The notes beneath the pieces were generated by a model that saw only the letters and a program-made list of their open reading frames with translations, searched no databases and was not told the DNA's origin. The translations under genes were made by a program, and so were the position numbers. Positions 36,290 to 45,283 of a stretch of DNA of 64,000 nucleotides are shown piece by piece (the first letter of the stretch is position 1; each line of letters begins with the position of its first letter). Source of the DNA: Parcubacteria group bacterium GW2011_GWC2_42_12 (GTDB lineage Bacteria > Patescibacteriota > Patescibacteriia > Patescibacteriales > GWC2-42-12). The stretch covers positions 14,284 through 78,283 of the forward strand of contig LCCP01000002.1 in NCBI GenBank assembly GCA_000997945.1. The letters run 5' to 3'.

Positions 36290-38539
36290 TTATTTTATAT
36301 ACCCGCATTCTTTATTAGAGCATTTAACTTCGCCTTTTTTCGCGTCTTCGATCAATAAGCTATCGCAATCCGGGCATTTTTCTCCGGTGGGTTTGCCCCA
36401 GAAAGCGGTTTTACAGTCCGGATATTGGTTGCAGGCGTAGAAGATGCCGCGGCGGCTGCGTTTTTGCACGATTTCGCCTTTCTGACAAACCGGGCAAGTA
36501 AGGCCGGTCGATTGACCTACGCCGTTAAGCCCTTTAATGTTTTTGCATTTAGGGTAAGCGGAGCAGGCCAGAAAGGGGCCGAACTTACCGATTTTTACGA
36601 TCATGGGCGCGCCGCATTTACCGCAAATCTCGGCTTTATATTTATCTTTAAGCCCAGCAATTTCTTTATTGTCTGGCTGGCCGTTTTTATCTCGATCAGT
36701 TCCGGGCAGGGACTTGATATTTTTACATTCGGGAAAAGCGCTGCAAGCCAAAAATTTACCGAAGCGGCCGGTTTTGATAATCATGGGCGCGCCGCATTTA
36801 TCGCAGATCTCGCTTGATTTTTCTTCCGGCACAATATCATTTTTATTAATGGATTCATATTTACTTTCCAGGTTGGCGTGGAATGGCTCATAAAATTCTT
36901 TAACGATTGGCTGCCACTTGACCGAACCCTCGGCGATAGCGTCCAGATCGTTTTCCATTTTAGCGGTGAATTCGTAATCCACGATTTTCGGGAAGTGCTC
37001 AACCAACAAGTCAATCACCACAAAAGCGATATCGGTCGGAGCCAGCCGTTTGTTTTCATCTCGTTCGACGTAATTTCGGTCAATAATCGTGTTGATGGTC
37101 GGCGCGTAAGTAGATGGGCGTCCGATGCCGTGCTTTTCCAGCTCTTTAACTAAGCCGGCGTCACTAAATCTCGCCGGCGGCTTGGTAAAATGCTGTTCGG
37201 GTTTTATTGCCAAAAGTTCCAGCTCTTCTTTTATTTTCATTTCCGGCAAGACGATTTCCTGGCTGGCCTCCGGGTAAATTTTCAGATAACCGTCAAATTC
37301 TATAATTTGGCCGTTGGCGCGGAATTGGTAATTAATTCCCCTAACCCCTTTTATCAAGGGGGAAGTGGCGACAGCGTCAATATCAACCACGGTGGCGTCT
37401 ATTATGGCCTCGGTCATTTGTGAGCCAATGGCTCTCTGCCAAATTAATTTATACAGTTTATTTTGGTTGGAGTTTAAATCGCCAGCAATGGAGTCTGGAG
37501 TGCGCGAGACTTCGCTTGGTCTGATAGCTTCATGCGCTTCTTGCGCGCCTTTAGCTTTAGTTTTAAAGCGGCGCGTTAAACTGTATTTCTCACCCAAATT
37601 AGTTTTTAAATATTCGGCCGCCTCGTTTAAAAATTTATCAGCCAGGTTGAGCGAGTCGGTTCTCATGTAAGTAATAAAGCCCATTTCGTAAAGCTGCTGC
37701 GCCACCAGCATAGTTTGTTTGGCCGAGAAGCCGAGCCAGCGGTTGGCGGTTTGCTGTAAACTGGAAGTGGTGAAGGGGTTGGGCGGCTGTTTTTTGGTTT
37801 GTTTTTTTTCTAAATCGGCTACCAAATATTTCGCGCCCTTAAGTTCAGTTAAAATTTTCTCCGCCTGCTCTTGGTTTTTAATTTCTAACTTAGCAATGGT
37901 CTGGCCATTAATTTTATTCAGTCGGGCTAAAAAGGGTAGCTTCTGGCCGTTTTGCAGATTGGCCTGAACCGACCAATACTCTTCTATATTAAATTTTTTA
38001 ATTTCTCGTTCTCGTTCAATAATTAAGCGCACCGCTACCGACTGCACGCGGCCGGCCGATAAGCCCTTAGCTACTTTTTTCCAGAGGAAAGGGGAGAGTT
38101 CGTAGCCAACCAAGCGGTCAAGAATTCTTCTGGCTTGCTGGGCGTCAACCAATTTCATGTCAATTTTTCTTGGCTGTTCTAGGGCTTCGGCAATCGCCGT
38201 TTTGGTTATTTCATGGAAAACAATGCGATTGGTATCTTTGGTCTTAACTTTTAGCGCTTCGGCCAGATGCCAGGCGATAGCTTCACCCTCTCGGTCTTGG
38301 TCGGTCGCCAGAATTATCTGGTCTGATTTTTTAGCCAAGTCCTGGAGTTTTTTTAAATTAACTTTAGCTTTTTTCGGCACCACATATTTCGGCTCAAAAT
38401 CATGTTTAATATCAATGCCCATTTTACTGACCGGCAGGTCGCGGACATGCCCGAAAGATGATTCAACTATAAAATCAGAACCTAAGAACTTAGTAATAGT
38501 TTTGGCTTTGGTTGGAGATTCGACGATAACGAGTTTCAT
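36290..38539 (-). CDS. topA: DNA topoisomerase I with three C-terminal C4 zinc ribbons
   Basis: Toprim N-terminus (KLVIVESPTKAKTI), catalytic Tyr region, 3x CxxC...CxxC ribbons; an in-frame GC hairpin element at 37337..37363 encodes SPLIKGVRG. Confidence 0.95.
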   Translation of the reverse strand: MKLVIVESPTKAKTITKFLGSDFIVESSFGHVRDLPVSKMGIDIKHDFEPKYVVPKKAKVNLKKLQDLAKKSDQIILATDQDREGEAIAWHLAEALKVKTKDTNRIVFHEITKTAIAEALEQPRKIDMKLVDAQQARRILDRLVGYELSPFLWKKVAKGLSAGRVQSVAVRLIIEREREIKKFNIEEYWSVQANLQNGQKLPFLARLNKINGQTIAKLEIKNQEQAEKILTELKGAKYLVADLEKKQTKKQPPNPFTTSSLQQTANRWLGFSAKQTMLVAQQLYEMGFITYMRTDSLNLADKFLNEAAEYLKTNLGEKYSLTRRFKTKAKGAQEAHEAIRPSEVSRTPDSIAGDLNSNQNKLYKLIWQRAIGSQMTEAIIDATVVDIDAVATSPLIKGVRGINYQFRANGQIIEFDGYLKIYPEASQEIVLPEMKIKEELELLAIKPEQHFTKPPARFSDAGLVKELEKHGIGRPSTYAPTINTIIDRNYVERDENKRLAPTDIAFVVIDLLVEHFPKIVDYEFTAKMENDLDAIAEGSVKWQPIVKEFYEPFHANLESKYESINKNDIVPEEKSSEICDKCGAPMIIKTGRFGKFLACSAFPECKNIKSLPGTDRDKNGQPDNKEIAGLKDKYKAEICGKCGAPMIVKIGKFGPFLACSAYPKCKNIKGLNGVGQSTGLTCPVCQKGEIVQKRSRRGIFYACNQYPDCKTAFWGKPTGEKCPDCDSLLIEDAKKGEVKCSNKECGYIK
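37337..37363. repeat. GC-rich short palindromic element, in-frame within topA
   Basis: TCCCCTAACCCCTTTTATCAAGGGGGA. Confidence 0.55.
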
Positions 38540-38547
38540 ATAGAAAA

Positions 38548-38645
38548 GTCATTGCGAGCGACCGTAGGGAGCGAAGCAATCTCACGCACGTCTTATATAA
38601 TTATTCGTGGGATTGCTTCGTCGCCGAAGCTCCTCGCAATGACAA
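38548..38645. repeat. MITE-like nested-palindromic repeat, short subtype-2 copy J (AGTCATTGCGAG variant terminus)
   Basis: GTCATTGCGAGCGACCGTAGGGAGCGAAGCAATCTCACGCACG...TTCGTGGGATTGCTTCGTCGCCGAAGCTCCTCGCAATGACAA. Confidence 0.7.
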
Positions 38646-38652
38646 TAATAAT

Positions 38653-39744
38653 TTATCTTGCCAGCACATACTGCATGCCGCCCAGATTTTTTACTTGGCC
38701 TTTCATTTCCATAATAGTAAGTGTACTATTTATAATTGAAGCGTCAAGTTTTGTCAAACGAACCAGTTCGTCAACATGAACCGGTTCGTAATTTAATTTG
38801 TCTAAAATTAATCCTTCCTCGGCCGATTCAGGAATGATTTTTTTGTTTTCAGTATAGGCGACGGCATCGGTTAAATTGAGTGATTCAATTATGTCTTTGG
38901 CGCCGGAGACGAGTTTGGCGCCCAGTTTAATTAAACTGTTGGTGCCGGCCGAATAATCCGAATAAATATTGCCCGGGATAGCGAAAACATCGCGGTTTTG
39001 TTCTAAGGCGTGCATAGCGGTAATGATGGAGCCGGATTTTTCTCCGGCCTCGATTACCAGAGTGCCAAGCGATAAGCCGGAAATTAAACGATTGCGTTGG
39101 GGGAAGTGATGCCGGAGCGGCATGGTGCCAAGCGGATATTCGGATATGATGATGCCGCCATGAGCTTGAATTTTATCCGCCAGATAGCGGTTCTGCGACG
39201 GGTAAATGCTTTGTTGATCAAGTCCGCAGCCAAGAACCGCGATGGTGTTTCCGCCCGCGTCTACGGCCGCCAGATGCGCCAGAGTATCTATGCCTAAGGC
39301 CAGGCCGCTAACAATAGTTAAACCATTGGCGATTAATTCTCTAATTATTTTTTCCGTAACCTGCTGGCCGTAATGAGTAAATTTTCTTGTGCCGACGATG
39401 GCTAGCGCGAAGTCGCTAAAAGCTTCTAAATCGCCGCGATAGTAGATTAATAGGGGAGGATCATAAATTTGTTTTAAGAGTTTCGGATAAGCGGCATCAT
39501 CAATGGTTAAAATTTTAATTTTTTCTTTGTTTAAATTTTCCAGTAGCCGGTCTGGCTCAACTTGATGTTTAAAAATTGTAAATTCTTCAGCCGTCTTTTC
39601 ATCAATGCCGGCGCGGAGATATTCTTTAAACGGGGCTTTAAAAGCCGCGGCCATGTTCGGAAAATGCTTTTTTATTTTTTTTAACTTTACCGGGCCAAAT
39701 TTATAAAATTGGCTTAGGGCCAGCCAATATTTTAAATCCTCCAT
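38653..39744 (-). CDS. dprA: DNA processing protein A (Smf)
   Basis: Rossmann-like DprA core (GIDTLAHLAAVDAGGNTIAVLGCGLD) with N-terminal SAM-like and C-terminal winged-helix regions. Confidence 0.85.
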   Translation of the reverse strand: MEDLKYWLALSQFYKFGPVKLKKIKKHFPNMAAAFKAPFKEYLRAGIDEKTAEEFTIFKHQVEPDRLLENLNKEKIKILTIDDAAYPKLLKQIYDPPLLIYYRGDLEAFSDFALAIVGTRKFTHYGQQVTEKIIRELIANGLTIVSGLALGIDTLAHLAAVDAGGNTIAVLGCGLDQQSIYPSQNRYLADKIQAHGGIIISEYPLGTMPLRHHFPQRNRLISGLSLGTLVIEAGEKSGSIITAMHALEQNRDVFAIPGNIYSDYSAGTNSLIKLGAKLVSGAKDIIESLNLTDAVAYTENKKIIPESAEEGLILDKLNYEPVHVDELVRLTKLDASIINSTLTIMEMKGQVKNLGGMQYVLAR

Positions 39745-39794
39745 AAATTTTTTTAGCTAATTTACTGAATTACTAGCTAGTTTTAGCGCGCGTT

Positions 39795-39829
39795 CGCCCT
39801 TGACAGAGAAAATTGGTTATGATAATATA
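39795..39829 (+). promoter_or_regulatory. sigma70-like promoter (TTGACA-17 bp-TAATAT) driving a ~340-nt non-coding region
   Basis: CCTTGACAGAGAAAATTGGTTATGATAATATACT. Confidence 0.4.
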
Positions 39830-39835
39830 CTATGA

Positions 39836-40180
39836 CATTTAATTTTTTCCACTCTTAAGGGCGTGGGAACAAATAACGTTTAGCCCGCTACTTGCTTAAG
39901 GGCATAATTTAAAAATAGTTTTCCTCCTTAATTATTTTTTAAATTATCACATCCCTTCTAAGCAAGCAGCAGATTGCACGTCATTTTTCATAATAACATA
40001 TTTTAAGTTCGTAGAATAGTATTTTTGAGATAGTCTCCAGAATTCTGCCTAGGAGTGGCGAAGGTTAAACCTCCCTCCTGGTTTGGCCGACGTCTTAAAT
40101 CGGGTTCATCCCTGGCTTCTAGGCAGAATTTTGGATATTATAAAACGCCTCGCCGTTTTTAGGCCGCTGGCGTTTTTATT
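39836..40180 (+). ncRNA. candidate structured non-coding RNA (unknown family) bounded by a promoter and an intrinsic terminator
   Basis: No ORF >40 aa. Long-range stem AATTCTGCCTAG / CTAGGCAGAATT (about 40042..40053 pairing with ~40121..40132) enclosing GGCGAAGGTTAAACCTCCC and CGGGTTCATCCCTGG sub-hairpins. Terminator AAAACGCC...GGCGTTTTT at 40143..40178. Confidence 0.3.
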
Positions 40181-40250
40181 ATTAACTTTATTATAGATTA
40201 TAGCTAAAAAGAGCCCAAGGATTTATCATGCCCCGCGGACAAGCTGAAAC

Positions 40251-40278
40251 TTGCCATAATATATGATTGGAGTATAAT
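40251..40278 (+). promoter_or_regulatory. promoter-like TTGCCA-16 bp-TATAAT upstream of the response regulator gene
   Basis: CTTGCCATAATATATGATTGGAGTATAATAG. Confidence 0.35.
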
Positions 40279-40371
40279 AGTAATAGAGATTTTTAAGATA
40301 AGTGTTTTAAATTAAAAATTAAATAGTCTAAGTCGCGGTTTTTTAGCCGGCGGGAAAACCGACATTTTTAT

Positions 40372-40761
40372 ATGAATAAATCATTTGGTAAAATTAAAAT
40401 TTTATGCGTTGAAGATGATATGCTTTTAAGCAGTCTAATCGGTAAAAAATTAGGCGAGCTGGGCGCGGCTCTTTTTAGCGCCGATAACGGAGAAAGCGCC
40501 ATTGAAATCGCTCAACGCGAAAAGCCTGATGTTATGCTTTTAGATATTTTACTGCCGGGCATGGACGGCTTCGAAATCCTTAAAAAAATTAAAGCGGATG
40601 AAAGAACTAAGCGGATTAAAGTAATTGCGCTTTCTAATTTAAATCGAGATAGCGACATTGAAAAGGGTAAAAAGCTCGGCGCCGTTAGATTTCTTACTAA
40701 AGTATCGGTTGGTTTAAATGAAATTGTTAAAGAAATTAAGGCCGTTTTGGCGGAAAAATAA
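40372..40761 (+). CDS. single-domain response regulator (CheY-like receiver)
   Basis: KILCVEDDML...D(54)ILLPGMDGFEIL...ALSNL...KLGAVRFLTK. Confidence 0.75.
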   Translation: MNKSFGKIKILCVEDDMLLSSLIGKKLGELGAALFSADNGESAIEIAQREKPDVMLLDILLPGMDGFEILKKIKADERTKRIKVIALSNLNRDSDIEKGKKLGAVRFLTKVSVGLNEIVKEIKAVLAEK

Positions 40762-40819
40762 ATTAAGAAGTTTAGAAAATAACAGATAACAAGAAAGGTT
40801 TCAAAGTAAGCCTTTTTTG

Positions 40820-41080
40820 TTATTCTTGAATTTTTTTGTTCGCGTCAGCAATAAGCTCAAAGTCTCCCAAATTAATTTGACACGCTTTAACTTTTTTTTG
40901 GAAGTCGTCGTAAGTTAATAATTTTTGGGATTCTGCCTCATTTCCCCAGCTCATATAACGATAAACATTTTTGCCCAATAATTCATGATATAATCTGCAC
41001 CATTGTTCGGCCGTTTTTGGCGCCTTAAGATCAACTTTAATTTGTTCTATGTCTGGTTGGAACCCTTGTCCTTCTGGCAT
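40820..41080 (-). CDS. hypothetical protein
   Basis: 86-aa ORF, no recognisable motif. Confidence 0.3.
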   Translation of the reverse strand: MPEGQGFQPDIEQIKVDLKAPKTAEQWCRLYHELLGKNVYRYMSWGNEAESQKLLTYDDFQKKVKACQINLGDFELIADANKKIQE

Positions 41081-41109
41081 ATTTTTTGAATAATTATAAT
41101 TTGTATTGA

Positions 41110-41661
41110 TTAATTTTTAATTTCATTTAACGCAGTAGGCACGATAGTATCAATCATTTTTAATTCTTCATCATTGAATTTAATTAAAACGAATTTGTCC
41201 GCCGGAATATTTTCTAGCGTTGGCGTCTTGATGCCGATTCTAATACGTTTAAAGTTTTTGGTTTTGAGGTGGCTGATGATAGATTCAACGCCTCTGTGGC
41301 CGGCGCTCCTGGAGTCAATCGAAACTTTGAATTTGCCGAGTTCAATATCTAAATCATCATGGATAACCGTTAGAATTTCCGATAAGTCAGCGTTAGCGGT
41401 TTTAATTAGGCCAAGTTTTTTTGGCAATAATTTGTAATACGAAAGAACCGAGGCAACGGCCTGACCCGAGTTGTTCATGAAATCTTGTGGCTTAACTAAA
41501 ATGACCGAGTCATTTTTTGCTAGCTCGGCTTTGAATTTTTTATTATTCTCCCAATTTAAACCGAGCTTAATAGTTAAAGCATCAACCGCCATGAAGCCAA
41601 GATTGTGGCGAGTGTTTTTATATTGTTCGCCCGGGTTGCCCAGGCCGATGATAATGCGCAT
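41110..41661 (-). CDS. pth: peptidyl-tRNA hydrolase
   Basis: MRIIIGLGNPGEQYKNTRHNLGFMAVDAL Pth signature (catalytic His20). Confidence 0.9.
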   Translation of the reverse strand: MRIIIGLGNPGEQYKNTRHNLGFMAVDALTIKLGLNWENNKKFKAELAKNDSVILVKPQDFMNNSGQAVASVLSYYKLLPKKLGLIKTANADLSEILTVIHDDLDIELGKFKVSIDSRSAGHRGVESIISHLKTKNFKRIRIGIKTPTLENIPADKFVLIKFNDEELKMIDTIVPTALNEIKN

Positions 41662-41671
41662 AAAGTTTTAT

Positions 41672-41862
41672 TGTCATTGCGAGCGACCGCAGGGAGCGCG
41701 GTCGTCGCTACGCGAGATCTGGCGTAGCCATGACAATCTCACGAATGGCAAAGAATAGTTATAATGTAATGGTAGCAGGATTTAGTGGAATATAGACATT
41801 CGTGAGATTGCTTCGTCTCCAGCCCCAGTTTAAGAAACTGGAGCTGGATCCTCGCAATGACA
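41672..41862. repeat. MITE-like nested-palindromic repeat, subtype 2, copy K
   Basis: TGTCATTGCGAGCGACCGCAGGGAGCGCGG...CTACGCGAGATCTGGCGTAGCCATGACAATCTCACGAATGGCAAAGAATAGTTATAATG...CATTCGTGAGATTGC...CCAGCCCCAGTTTAAGAAACTGGAGCTGG...CTCGCAATGACA. Confidence 0.75.
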
Positions 41863-41868
41863 TGTGAA

Positions 41869-43302
41869 TTAATCTTGATGCAGTCCAGGCGTGCTTTTGT
41901 ATTTCGCGGTTTGCACGGTTAGGGGTGTACCGAGAAAACCGTAAGTTTCCCGTAGGCGGTTTTCAATAAAGCGCACATAAGAAGGATGCAGATCTTCTTG
42001 GGCGCCGATTTTTATTTCGAATTTGGGCGGGTTGATGCTCAATTGGGTAAAATCGCGGATGCGAGGATGCTTAACGCCCTTGCCTCTTATTGGACGGTGC
42101 ACTTTAACAATGCGCGAGAGGAAGTGGGCCAGCGTGGAGTCGCTTAAGGTTATTTTTTTCTGCTGATCAATTTGCAAAATTAAATCAAAGATTTTTTTTA
42201 CTTTTTCGCCGGTCTTGGCGGAAATAAATTGAATGGGCGCGAAGCGGGCGAAAGGCATTTTGCCATAAATGTAGTCAATATATTTTTTTGTGTCCCGTTC
42301 GGCGACTAAGTCCCATTTGTTGGCGATGAAGATAAAACTTTTTTTATGGTCAACGACTTCTGAAACTAGTCGAGCGTCTTGGTGGGTGAGCTCTTGGCTG
42401 ATGTCCATAACTAACAAAGCGATGTCGCTTTTTGATAAGGCGGACAAAGATTTGGCAATGCCGAATTTTTCCAGGCCGTAAGTTTTCGCGCCTTTGTGGC
42501 TGATGCCGGCAGTGTCAATTAATAATATGGGTTGGCCCGCATAAGTAATTTTTGTGTGCTGCGGTTCGCGGGTGGTGTGCGGCGTCGGGCTGACGATTAC
42601 CCGTTCATAGCCCAAGAGGGAATTAAGCAAACTGGATTTGCCGACATTCGGCTGGCCGATAATGCAAACTTTAATTAAGTTATCTACGACCGGTGGCGGC
42701 ATCTCTTGGTTTAAGTATTTTTTATTTTTGTCGCTTTTAATTTTTTTGAATTTAAGTTTTTTGGCGATTAGATCCAGTAAGTCGCCGGTGCCGGAGCCGT
42801 TGGCGGCCGAAACTAAAGCGGGCTCGCCAAAGGCCAATTTATAGAATTCGGAAATTTTTAGCCGATCCTTGGGCGCGTCAACTTTATTAACCGTTAAGAT
42901 AACTTTTTTCTGGTCAATATTTTTTTTAATTAAGAGCGCCAACTCTTTATCTTGGGGCATGAGTCCTGATTTATTATCCATTAAAAACAAAACTAAATCA
43001 GCTTGATTTAAATATTTAAAGGCTTGTTTTTGCACCTGGATTCCGACCGTGTCCGTTGGCTTGGCTTTATCGGCCAGATATTTAATATTAAGCATGCCGC
43101 CGGTGTCCACCAGGGTAAATTTACGGCCCAGCCAGGAAATTTCGCCGATATTACTATCCCGGGTGGTTTCTTCAATATCCGAAACCAGGGCCTGGCGCTT
43201 TTCAATTAGGCAATTAAATAAAGTAGATTTGCCGACATTAGTGCGGCCGAAGATAACGACGAGGGGGAGGGGTTTATTCTTTTTTTCGTTTGCATCTGCC
43301 AT
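41869..43302 (-). CDS. der: ribosome-biogenesis GTPase Der (EngA)
   Basis: Two G domains (GRTNVGKSTLFN, GQPNVGKSSLLN) plus C-terminal KH-like domain. Confidence 0.92.
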   Translation of the reverse strand: MADANEKKNKPLPLVVIFGRTNVGKSTLFNCLIEKRQALVSDIEETTRDSNIGEISWLGRKFTLVDTGGMLNIKYLADKAKPTDTVGIQVQKQAFKYLNQADLVLFLMDNKSGLMPQDKELALLIKKNIDQKKVILTVNKVDAPKDRLKISEFYKLAFGEPALVSAANGSGTGDLLDLIAKKLKFKKIKSDKNKKYLNQEMPPPVVDNLIKVCIIGQPNVGKSSLLNSLLGYERVIVSPTPHTTREPQHTKITYAGQPILLIDTAGISHKGAKTYGLEKFGIAKSLSALSKSDIALLVMDISQELTHQDARLVSEVVDHKKSFIFIANKWDLVAERDTKKYIDYIYGKMPFARFAPIQFISAKTGEKVKKIFDLILQIDQQKKITLSDSTLAHFLSRIVKVHRPIRGKGVKHPRIRDFTQLSINPPKFEIKIGAQEDLHPSYVRFIENRLRETYGFLGTPLTVQTAKYKSTPGLHQD

Positions 43303-43319
43303 AAAACATAAAGGCTATT

Positions 43320-43495
43320 TGTCATTGCGAGCGACCGAAGGGAGCGCGGCAATCTCTGGTAAAAAAGTAATACTAATATTTAAGAAAAGGTGTTAATTAA
43401 TAAGATTAAATTTTGCTTTAAGAGTATTTGCCTTAATTTTGGCATAGTCTTTCTAACCAGAGATTGCTTCGTCGCTAGCGCTCCTCGCAATGACA
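43320..43495. repeat. MITE-like nested-palindromic repeat, subtype 1, copy L
   Basis: TGTCATTGCGAGCGACCGAAGGGAGCGCGGCAATCTCTGGTAAAA...CTAACCAGAGATTGCTTCGTCGCTAGCGCTCCTCGCAATGACA. Confidence 0.75.
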
Positions 43496-43501
43496 TTAAA
43501 T

Positions 43502-45019
43502 TTATTGTGCCGTGTTTTCTATTCCTGATTGCGTCTGATCAGCGTCCCGGCCGAGAATCAAGATGAAATCCGGTTGAATCGGTTTAGAGGTTGGTTCTTT
43601 GGCCATTTCTTTGGCCAAGTCATTAATCAGCCATTCGGGCATGCCCAAGGCGACATTGGCGTTGGTTTTATTTTTTAAAATCGTTAAGGCCTGAATCTTT
43701 TCGCCGTAAGTTAAATCGTAGATAACTGATTTTTGAAAATTTTGCTGGCCGGAATTGCCGATACGGATAATATTAAAGCCGTATTTTTCCAAATCCAAAG
43801 CCATTCTGTTGGCCAAGCCGTTTATCCAAGTGCCATTTCTGATTTCAATCGCGGCCGGTTCCTGCTTAACTTTTTCTCGATCGGTTAAGGGCGCGTCAGC
43901 GAAAATATTATTAACCAGATATTGTATTTCCGAAAAATCGCCGCTGGTTGGCGATAAGAGATAGGCGCCATCAGGTCCGACAGTATCAATTAAGAGCCCG
44001 CTTGGATTATTATCAAGCACGCGGCTCGTGATATTTTCGCTGGTTATATCTTTAGCCAGCCCCCATAATTTAACTATCTCCCAAATTTTTAAATTGGTGC
44101 TGTGATTGGCGTTAATATCGGAAATTATTTTGGCAATGGCGCTGGGTTTAAATAAAATATTAAGCGACATGACTTTGGCTTTAATTGCTTCCAAAACTTT
44201 TTGCTGCCGGTGCGAACGGGCGAAATCGGAGCCCTCTAATCCCGCGGCATGCCTGGAACGGACATATTTTAAAGCTAGGGCGCCATTCATAGTTTGTTCT
44301 CCTTTGTCAATATGCAAATACTCCCATCTTTGTTCCCAGGGAGCGTTTTCGCTGCCTAATACGGGGTATTTGTAATCGTCAAAAGTATTTTCCACCTTGA
44401 TTTTTATGCCGCCCAAGTCATCAATAATTTTTTCAAAACCGGCAAAATCCACGGTTAAATAGTAGTCAATCGGGATTTGAAAAATGTCGCTCACGGTTTG
44501 GCTGACCGCTAATCCGCCCGAACCAGGCAGTTTAGTTTCGGCGTAAGCGTTGACGCTATTAATCCTTTGCCAGCCCATATTTTCGATTGGTACGGCCAAA
44601 TCGCGGGGGATGGAGAGTAAAGATAATTTTTTTTCGCTTGGTTTCAGCCCGGCTAAAATTATAGTATCGGTTAAGAGGCCGCCGTCATGGTTTCTCCCGC
44701 CAATGCCTAAGAGCAGGATGTTTATTCGATCATTATTTTCGCCTTTTAATTTACTGTCGGCGCTTTCAACCAGGTGTTTAATTTGGCTGATAATCGGCAA
44801 ATTATAAAACCAGTTGGCTGATTTTTCGCCTGACGGCTTACCGAGGCCGAAGATTATATAAATTACCAAGAGAGAAATTAAAACAGAAGCCACTCGCTTA
44901 AATGGTTTGTTGGTTTTCCGCCGAGCCGGCCTGATTAACTCCTCTGGTTTAGCTTCAGGTCGATTAAGGTTGGGATTTAATAAATTAATTTCTTTATCCA
45001 CCCCGTTAGATATTTTCAT
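43502..45019 (-). CDS. LCP-family (LytR-CpsA-Psr) cell-envelope phosphotransferase
   Basis: N-terminal cytoplasmic tail + TM; LCP core (NILLLGIGGRNHDGGLLTDTIILAGL, SIPRDL, FAGFEKIIDDLGGI) and C-terminal LytR_C-like region. Confidence 0.8.
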   Translation of the reverse strand: MKISNGVDKEINLLNPNLNRPEAKPEELIRPARRKTNKPFKRVASVLISLLVIYIIFGLGKPSGEKSANWFYNLPIISQIKHLVESADSKLKGENNDRINILLLGIGGRNHDGGLLTDTIILAGLKPSEKKLSLLSIPRDLAVPIENMGWQRINSVNAYAETKLPGSGGLAVSQTVSDIFQIPIDYYLTVDFAGFEKIIDDLGGIKIKVENTFDDYKYPVLGSENAPWEQRWEYLHIDKGEQTMNGALALKYVRSRHAAGLEGSDFARSHRQQKVLEAIKAKVMSLNILFKPSAIAKIISDINANHSTNLKIWEIVKLWGLAKDITSENITSRVLDNNPSGLLIDTVGPDGAYLLSPTSGDFSEIQYLVNNIFADAPLTDREKVKQEPAAIEIRNGTWINGLANRMALDLEKYGFNIIRIGNSGQQNFQKSVIYDLTYGEKIQALTILKNKTNANVALGMPEWLINDLAKEMAKEPTSKPIQPDFILILGRDADQTQSGIENTAQ

Positions 45020-45121
45020 GACTTTAATGATATTTATTTATCCCCGTCAGATAAATATCTAACGGGATCCATATTTACAATCTACAGCTTATTTTAAAAT
45101 TAGTCTAATTTTATATTAAAT

Positions 45122-45150
45122 TTTGACATAAGTCAAGCTTTGTGGTATAT
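45122..45150 (+). promoter_or_regulatory. promoter-like TTGACA-17 bp-TATATA upstream of 45284..45826
   Basis: TTGACATAAGTCAAGCTTTGTGGTATATA. Confidence 0.35.
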
Positions 45151-45283
45151 AGAAATTAATATTGCTCTTTAAATTTTGGTCGAATTATCGCGGCTTTTAG
45201 GGAATTTAAAGTTAGTTCTCTGTAAATCCCGATAATTCAATCAATAAAACTCAAAAATAACAAAACCGGAAGGAGGAAGATCA

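Noticed and set aside
39836-40180. SRP RNA / 6S RNA assignment for the candidate ncRNA
   Set aside because: No GGAAGCAGCC (SRP domain IV) motif, and too long and structured differently for 4.5S; 6S cannot be judged by eye, so it is left as unknown family.
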